Positions 42,401-47,459 of a stretch of DNA of 47,459 bases are shown piece by piece. How positions within the stretch are numbered: position 1 is the first letter of the stretch; every line of letters begins with the position of its first letter. The notes under the pieces are model-generated. The model worked only from the letters and a program-made list of their open reading frames with translations. It was not told where the DNA came from and did no database searches. A program made the translations under genes and the position numbers. Origin of the DNA: a virus; IMG/VR virus record IMGVR_UViG_3300045988_079530, positions 1 through 47,459 of that record. One strand, given 5' to 3'.

Positions 42401-43689
42401 ATAGGCAAACCGTCATAGATACTACCAACACCCTGCGTTCCTGCGGCATACATAGTAAGCCCCCCGGTTAATGCTAGATTTCCATCAATAAACAAGCATC
42501 CGTCTTTTTCGTAGGCTTTAATCTTTGATGATCCTATAGTTATTCCAGCGTTAAAGTTCTTAACACCTAAAACATTCTGTTCTGTTGCATCAGTAGTGAC
42601 AAAGTTAGAAGTATCTATATTTTCTCCGATCCCGGCCAGCAAGTTAGATAGAAGTATCTTTTTTGCAGCTCCTTCTCCAGTATCTAACACTGCATAATAA
42701 TTATCCTTATACTCCTTTAGTTCCTCAAGCTCTCGTATAAGTAAGCCATTAACAAGGTTAGACACACCGCTCCCCTGTATATAAGACTTGTAATATTGCG
42801 CTATTGATTCATCATCAAATCCAAGTGGTGTGTTTACATCTACCAATAGCGCGTTATAAAAAGACTCTTTTACCCTACGATTAAAGCTGGCAATCTTTTG
42901 AATAATGTTATCTACGGTAAATTCAGCTTCTACAGAAGCTAAGTCCCCCTGTGCCTGCCATTCCGGTTCGTAAGCAAAAGTAAGGGCATTATAATTTCTG
43001 CCATTCTCCGAGATCTGAATATAATCAGACAAGCGAACAAGCCGGAGGCCATCGCACAAAAATTCCGGAGCAATAAACTTGAATTTATAAGTCTTGCTAG
43101 ATATTTGACTTTCTAGGAATGGATATCCACCCCTTTTTGTCAGTTCTTCTTCAAAATCGTACTCCGGCTTTCCTATTGTAGCTTGTATGTAGCATACAAA
43201 TTTAAAATCTCCTTCGTAATTAATTTCTCCGCCAGTATAATATATATTATCATCATTCCAGTAGGTTATTTTCAGATAATTTTCTACTGAATCACAGGCT
43301 ACAAAAACCTCCGAATAATAGGTATATTGCTTACTTGATCCCTGTAATTTAAGGATCAAATAATAAGTTCCGCTTTTTAAGGTATAAGATCCCGGGAAAG
43401 CTGTTTCTTTTAGCTTAATCACGGAATATCCTAAAGAACTGAACTTATTAATAATTTCCGGCTTAGTTAATTCAGAGTAAACCTCACTACCGGACTTAGC
43501 ATCAACAACAGAGAAGGATATAACAGAGGCTATATCATCCTGTACAATTAACTGAAATGGTATTACAGCATCATTCCTTGAGATAAGAGGAAAGACACTT
43601 CCGTATGCATACCATTTTTTCCCGTTCTGATACTTCAAATCTTCGTAGAAAGGAAGTACGTTAAGGCTGTTATAGTGTTCCATAATCAT
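39445..43689 (-). CDS. Tail fibre protein with a C-terminal intramolecular-chaperone (Peptidase_S74-type) domain
   Basis: 1414 aa with threefold internal modules (...NLALTGGLTMYA.G.QG...YDGLPIDNDTIYW...) and fibre-repeat motifs (AATASKWATARTITLG, ASATKLQTARTLWG). GSDIRYKS...KKLEREIVILKKLL occupies the last ~121 aa (39448-39810). Confidence 0.85.
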   Translation of the reverse strand: MIMEHYNSLNVLPFYEDLKYQNGKKWYAYGSVFPLISRNDAVIPFQLIVQDDIASVISFSVVDAKSGSEVYSELTKPEIINKFSSLGYSVIKLKETAFPGSYTLKSGTYYLILKLQGSSKQYTYYSEVFVACDSVENYLKITYWNDDNIYYTGGEINYEGDFKFVCYIQATIGKPEYDFEEELTKRGGYPFLESQISSKTYKFKFIAPEFLCDGLRLVRLSDYIQISENGRNYNALTFAYEPEWQAQGDLASVEAEFTVDNIIQKIASFNRRVKESFYNALLVDVNTPLGFDDESIAQYYKSYIQGSGVSNLVNGLLIRELEELKEYKDNYYAVLDTGEGAAKKILLSNLLAGIGENIDTSNFVTTDATEQNVLGVKNFNAGITIGSSKIKAYEKDGCLFIDGNLALTGGLTMYAAGTQGVGSIYDGLPIDNDTIYWEIVDGSKVLKAKGGGGEAGSVQWGNISGKPTWIGDTKPTYNWSEIQGEKPFYTKEEIAEKYVTIDTEQEISGLKHFTPGLSVGKSKKKIYEEEGVVYIDADVAVTGGMTFYATAGRSVSTIMDAVAVDGITIKKENNVLKAVAGAGSSFDENAMWVALATSDSEKQIDKSHITTALTGFATESWVSQNYATASALASVSNKLNDFLEGSDTDEIINKWKELEAFLSGMAETDNLAEILETKADKKYVDSTFVTLGTKQTITGEKTFSSVLNTAAIKASGAITAPSLAASDWVTIAGIKLRKLEDGALILEGNLALTGALTMYATGAQGFDTIYDGLPIDNDTIYWSEVEGSKVLKAREGSGSSFDKSAMWTALAGSTTEQINKSHLTTALTGYATESWVTSKNYLTSVSIATISDLHANWDALLKAAPSAYVTRWPSFVEVTSKPTTLAGYGITDAPTKTGSGASGTWGIGITGNAATASKWATARTITLGSYLSGSVSLDGSANVTLNANVVGLTFQGNKTAATGNTSPASGVRLYQVYNNGYPTPYGNLLSVNGGGAGELLLSWNNANRIYYRSLRDNGDNWLGWNELAFITDNVASATKLQTARTLWGQSFNGTQNVSGDMSNVGNINTNFAHVNAKTFAYNPADAHDNGYPWYGFTYGGDSKIHISGYAGILFYTSAGNVLTLASDARVYANSYVANDWFRSQGDSGWYSIRGGGGWYMSDTYFIRSYGEKSVYLGNGSYRNGGGGYIANNLNNASDIYSCRFMSEGVGAIPAGNIRNILGWYDSAASGWQTSYIIGCVRNYNNSWGEMRLGVYQYEGSNRAAKMFISLDGANNHLYVEGNLLVTGGVTLYGSDIRYKSIIQQVKLSLLDIAKAPSFVYHWNREGMKCDRLNLGGSAQYTQSVLPWAVEEKDNFLSMDYATVAYTFAVHTARHLLTYETRTDKKIKKLEREIVILKKLLKKLGYEEVRTLDDQ

Positions 43690-43710
43690 TAATTTTTATG
43701 CAAATATAGT

Positions 43711-45903
43711 TTATTCCGGGTAATATTCCAATGTAGCAGTTACTTGTCTAGTTTCTAAGTTAATCTGCACGTCTCCAATACTTCCGAGCTGGCTCTGAGA
43801 ATTTACTTTTATAGCTTTATAGATGTCTATATCATCGTAAGAAGGGAATATTACTTCTTGCTTCATTATTTTTTTAATTCCATGCACTACTAGATCTTTG
43901 TTGCACGATCCGGATATATTTTTCCCGGACATGTCATACATATAGTAGTTAAGCAATTCATGCCAGCTATATAAACCATTCTGAGCTGTTATTTCCGCTT
44001 CATTATCATTAACGTCTCTTATCGTATAAGACACTATAGGGACAGAATATATATTACCTTTCTTTTCCGCACCTATCAAAGCAAATCCACTCATTGATAC
44101 CGTTGAAGGACTAGCCTGCATCAAATCAATATCAGCAGAGAAATCTGATATAGTTATAGATTCGCTTTTGTCCTTTTTCACGTAACTTGAATTTACATTA
44201 AGAACGTGAGTAGTAAATGCATCTGTAGATGTATCTCCCCACTCAAACTCGTAAGATGAAGACAAATCATCCTTTTCGTACTCTATTACGTTAGTCTTAT
44301 AGTCATAGGACTTTCCGGCCTTAATATTAACTAGATCAGACAAAGTTATTTGCGATGTTATACCTTCATAGCTCCCCCCATTCATAAACCACAGGACATG
44401 CTCTATTCTTAGTCTCTTTTGTTCATCAATAAACCAATAGCACCGGAAGCAATCTCTTAGCATATTCAATATACTTTCTAAGGTTAAAGATGCTGTCTGT
44501 GCAGCTTGGTCATAGTTTCCTTTAATAATATTGCTCTTAGGAGCTATAAACGGGTAAACTCTTTTTCCATTAATTATAGATGGATAATTACTTTCTGAGT
44601 AAAGGAAAGAACTATATTCTTCGCTAAATTCGTGCTTTATTTCCGGATCTATCTTTTTTAGCAGGGCTTTAATAACGTGCGCTAAATTATAGCAATCCTT
44701 TACCGTATATTCTTTTCTCATTGCTTCCTCCAGCTTATTATAAGTAGGATCGTATGCGTACCACACAGACGCATTTTTCCAGTAGTTCTTACATACAGGG
44801 AGCAAACGATTTGTTCCGGAAACACCCGGAAGGAATTTATTAGTAAAATAGCCATAATCTCCCCGGCCAAATTCTGTAGGATCTTCGCTTGTAATATTAC
44901 TAATTACATAGGTTCCCTCTGTATATCCTACGCATTTCGTAAAAACTGATCTATTAATATTAGCAATATCATCTATCGGAATATCATTTGTTTTAACCCC
45001 CAAAACTTCGTCTAAAGCACATATTATTCTCTGCATAATAATATAACTAGACACATTATTAACGACCAGTTTTATATCTACTCCGTTTCTTTCCCGGAAT
45101 ATAAGTTCTTGTCCAGTCTTTAAAACTCCGTAATCCTGTGACAAATATTGCTCTTCCGCAACCAGTTCAAGAGTAGATGTTTCTTTGTTCATTATAGCTA
45201 TTTCCAGCGTATAACTACTCCCTGTAATTCCACCTATTCTAATATAATAATTTTCATTTGTGCTAGATGTAAGACTTTCATTTTGAAGGTTGGTTCCTGT
45301 ATATACTCCATTGTACTTAGCCATTTCTCCTTCGGCCTTGATTTCTACTTCCACTAGTTTTTTTACCGGGGAAAAGAAATAGGTATTTTTCAGCTCTTCA
45401 ACGTCTTCAATCGGCTCATTAATATCTTCTTCCCAATATGTGCCACCTCCAAAATTACTTATCGAAGATCCCCCAACTATATAAGTCTGAATTATTCCCC
45501 TTATAGTCAGATTAATATCTGTAGTCTCCGGAGCTAGCTTAATAATGTCATAGCTGGTCTTATAGTTACCTAAGAATTGGGTATAATTATCTTTAGCAGT
45601 AGTTTTTAGCTTTACTATCATATTATCATCATCAAAGGTGCAGTCTGTCTTATTGAATTCTGCTGTATAATAGTCCTCATATACTCCTTTCTCATTCATC
45701 TTTTTCACGAGTAAGGTGTTCTGCATATCTATGCTAGTAGATTTTACTATCGTATAATCAAACCCTGTCAGCTTAATATCTCCATTTAAAGTTTGTCTGA
45801 AAAATTGCTGTGAGGATTCCCGGGAGTATTTTTTAGTTAGTTCCTTATAGTGAGGAAATACTTCTGTCCCGTTTATATAGAATTTATATCTAGCTGGTAT
45901 CAT
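43711..45903 (-). CDS. Tail-tip / distal tail (baseplate hub) protein (putative)
   Basis: 730 aa. Its ATG overlaps the tape measure stop (ATGA), and it lies between the tape measure and tail fibre genes. Confidence 0.45.
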   Translation of the reverse strand: MIPARYKFYINGTEVFPHYKELTKKYSRESSQQFFRQTLNGDIKLTGFDYTIVKSTSIDMQNTLLVKKMNEKGVYEDYYTAEFNKTDCTFDDDNMIVKLKTTAKDNYTQFLGNYKTSYDIIKLAPETTDINLTIRGIIQTYIVGGSSISNFGGGTYWEEDINEPIEDVEELKNTYFFSPVKKLVEVEIKAEGEMAKYNGVYTGTNLQNESLTSSTNENYYIRIGGITGSSYTLEIAIMNKETSTLELVAEEQYLSQDYGVLKTGQELIFRERNGVDIKLVVNNVSSYIIMQRIICALDEVLGVKTNDIPIDDIANINRSVFTKCVGYTEGTYVISNITSEDPTEFGRGDYGYFTNKFLPGVSGTNRLLPVCKNYWKNASVWYAYDPTYNKLEEAMRKEYTVKDCYNLAHVIKALLKKIDPEIKHEFSEEYSSFLYSESNYPSIINGKRVYPFIAPKSNIIKGNYDQAAQTASLTLESILNMLRDCFRCYWFIDEQKRLRIEHVLWFMNGGSYEGITSQITLSDLVNIKAGKSYDYKTNVIEYEKDDLSSSYEFEWGDTSTDAFTTHVLNVNSSYVKKDKSESITISDFSADIDLMQASPSTVSMSGFALIGAEKKGNIYSVPIVSYTIRDVNDNEAEITAQNGLYSWHELLNYYMYDMSGKNISGSCNKDLVVHGIKKIMKQEVIFPSYDDIDIYKAIKVNSQSQLGSIGDVQINLETRQVTATLEYYPE

Positions 45904-47459
45904 CTTATTATCTGTTTTACGTTTTTCTTAATTTTCAAAATAGTCCCATTTGCAGCCATATAAATTTGCTGTTCATTCTGCTTCTTAATAGCACTAAGAT
46001 CCCCTTCGATTTTACTCAGATCCACATTATTATTTCCTAGTAAGATCATGTCATTACCATTAGTCATAAATGCAGATTCATATTTTGATTCGAAAGTTCC
46101 ATTATTAATGCTTTTTATTATCTGTGGCAGCTTCTTTCTATATTTCCTAGTAGATTTTTTGTTTATAATAGCAAAAGCCTCTCCCCCTTCTGCCCTTCTC
46201 TTCCGGCCATCCGGGGTAGTACCCATATCTATATCATTTCCGCTTTGATGACTTCCTCCTTCTAGGAACTCTATACCTCCTTCTCCATATTCCAGCTTAG
46301 TTACTTGCTGGGCTTTTATCTTAGCAGCCGCGAAGCTAGTCCACATAGTAGCAATAGCGGCTATGGCTGCGGCCACACCAAACGGGCCAAGACCGGACAT
46401 AGATTTCCATATATTAGCAGATGCAGTGATCAAGCTGGAAGACTGGGTTAAAGCATCTAAAGCCTGTTGCTGTCTCTGTGCAGCCTGTTTATCCTTTAAT
46501 GCCTGTTGCTCTTTTTTCTTTGCCAGCTCCAGTTCTTTCTGTGCAGTTGCTACATCATTTGCATAGCCATTATTTCTAGCCTCTATTTCTTGATCTAGTC
46601 TCGTCTGAGCAGCATCCACCTCTTCTTGCGCATTCTCCAGCATTGCATTTTTTGCTTCTGTCTGAGCAGATAAAAATGACTGTAATTGCGAAATTGAAAA
46701 GTTTACACTTTCACTAATAGCTTGCTTCTGTTCATCATTAAGTTTAAGTCCTATTAAGTCATAAATATCTCTATTCTGATCCTTAATACCAGTTTGAGCT
46801 ATTTCGTTATCTATTTTTTCTATTGTGTTTTTTAGAATCTGAATCTCTTTATCTCCCATTTGTTTTTGGCCACTTTCAACAAGCTGCAACAGCTTTTTAA
46901 GCCTTTCCTTCTCTGCTTGCAATTTAAGTTTTGTCTTTTCATTTTCAGTTATCTTCATCAGATCAATCTCAGACAGCCTTAAATTATATTCATCTTCTAC
47001 AGATTTTTCAGTTAATTTATTTCTTTCTTCTATCTGCTTCTGCTGTTCCTTTGCTGCTTTATCTGCATATTTTTTCCTAATACTTTCTTCTTCTTGAGCC
47101 ATTTTAATGGTCTTCTCTGCTATAGTTTTTTGTATAGCCTCCCTAGCTTCATTCGTAAGATTCTTTTCTTTTTCCAGCGTTGTTTTTAAGTCCTCTATTT
47201 CCTGTCTATATTTGGAGTTAGACATTTCTATTTCTTTTTGCATTCCTTCCTCCATTATATCAAGGCGAGCGCTTTCTTCTTCCCGGACATATTGCAAAGT
47301 ATTATCTTTTTCCTCCTTCTGCTTATTAGTCTTTCCATTACCTTTTTTTGTCCCGAACAATGAAGAAACATCTATTTGCTTAGTTAATTCCTTATCTGCT
47401 TTCTGTAACTCGTAAAGTTCCCTTCTAGCATTTTTAGCAGCTTCCGAGAAATTATCTAC
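45900..47459 (-). CDS. Tape measure protein, C-terminal part (continuation of 1..1451 across the circular join)
   Basis: The frame stays open upstream of the ORF-track TTG at 47360 to the window end, and continues in frame from bases 1451-1 through the overlap. The hydrophobic stretch GLGPFGVAAAIAAIATMWTSFAAA is typical of tape measure proteins. Confidence 0.8.
   Translation of the reverse strand, partial: VDNFSEAAKNARRELYELQKADKELTKQIDVSSLFGTKKGNGKTNKQKEEKDNTLQYVREEESARLDIMEEGMQKEIEMSNSKYRQEIEDLKTTLEKEKNLTNEAREAIQKTIAEKTIKMAQEEESIRKKYADKAAKEQQKQIEERNKLTEKSVEDEYNLRLSEIDLMKITENEKTKLKLQAEKERLKKLLQLVESGQKQMGDKEIQILKNTIEKIDNEIAQTGIKDQNRDIYDLIGLKLNDEQKQAISESVNFSISQLQSFLSAQTEAKNAMLENAQEEVDAAQTRLDQEIEARNNGYANDVATAQKELELAKKKEQQALKDKQAAQRQQQALDALTQSSSLITASANIWKSMSGLGPFGVAAAIAAIATMWTSFAAAKIKAQQVTKLEYGEGGIEFLEGGSHQSGNDIDMGTTPDGRKRRAEGGEAFAIINKKSTRKYRKKLPQIIKSINNGTFESKYESAFMTNGNDMILLGNNNVDLSKIEGDLSAIKKQNEQQIYMAANGTILKIKKNVKQIIR
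47341..47459. repeat. Terminal direct repeat, copy 2 (circular-closure overlap)
   Basis: Identical to bases 1-119, read directly. Confidence 0.95.

Noticed and set aside
47341-47459. The terminal repeat as a genuine direct terminal repeat, an LTR, or a mobile-element boundary.
   Set aside because: It sits inside the tape measure ORF and preserves its frame, and there are no flanking host sequences. An assembly overlap of a circular or permuted genome is the simpler reading. It remains testable with read-start analysis.
1-47459. tRNA, rRNA or other structured ncRNA genes.
   Set aside because: The intergenic space is tiny apart from the two repeat regions. I could not fold any cloverleaf-like segment or find conserved T-loop/anticodon features by eye. 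A tRNAscan/Infernal run would be needed to exclude them formally.

Overview
The window is a complete, circularly closed genome (unique length 47,340 bp) of an AT-rich tailed dsDNA phage with a siphovirus-like layout. Bases 1-119 repeat exactly at 47341-47459, and the join falls in frame inside a ~963-aa tape measure gene. Every convincing gene except one, a LuxR-type HTH at 36100-36396, is on the minus strand. In transcription order (high to low coordinates) the modules are as follows. (1) Early units at 31666-29495, driven by repeated promoter/leader cassettes: small unknown proteins and a DUF932-like protein. (2) Replication and recombination at 29328-22138: Cro/XRE-like HTH, RecB-family PD-(D/E)XK exonuclease, an initiator with internal iterons, DnaQ-like exonuclease, RuvC-like resolvase and an SMC/SbcC-like ATPase. 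(3) A long run of small genes at 22102-14182: MazG-like protein, two HNH proteins, YopX, a compact methyltransferase, SSB and an ASCH protein. (4) Packaging and morphogenesis at 14041-1547: ParB-like protein, GT-A-like protein, TerS, TerL, portal, scaffold, major capsid and neck/tail proteins. (5) Tape measure across the join, a 730-aa tail-tip protein and a 1414-aa tail fibre with a C-terminal S74-type chaperone domain, followed by a homing HNH. (6) An odd accessory block at 37516-34758 that includes a Cys-rich gene pair next to the LuxR gene. (7) Holin, amidase and a spanin-like lysis cassette at 33671-31968. I saw no integrase, tRNA, CRISPR array, DNA polymerase, helicase or primase. Promoter-like motifs of the Bacteroidota type (TTTG-N18-20-TAnnTTTG) recur in the intergenic gaps, often directly after hairpin/U-tract terminators. 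The signals I consider most worth follow-up are these: the G+C-richer, Cys-rich two-gene unit beside the LuxR solo; a promoter plus two-hairpin leader conserved at three early units, two of them inside ~220-bp homologous non-coding regions; lambda-O-style iterons inside the initiator gene; and a promoter-leader-terminator arrangement abutting that gene. All functional calls come from motifs read by eye and from gene order. No database search was run.
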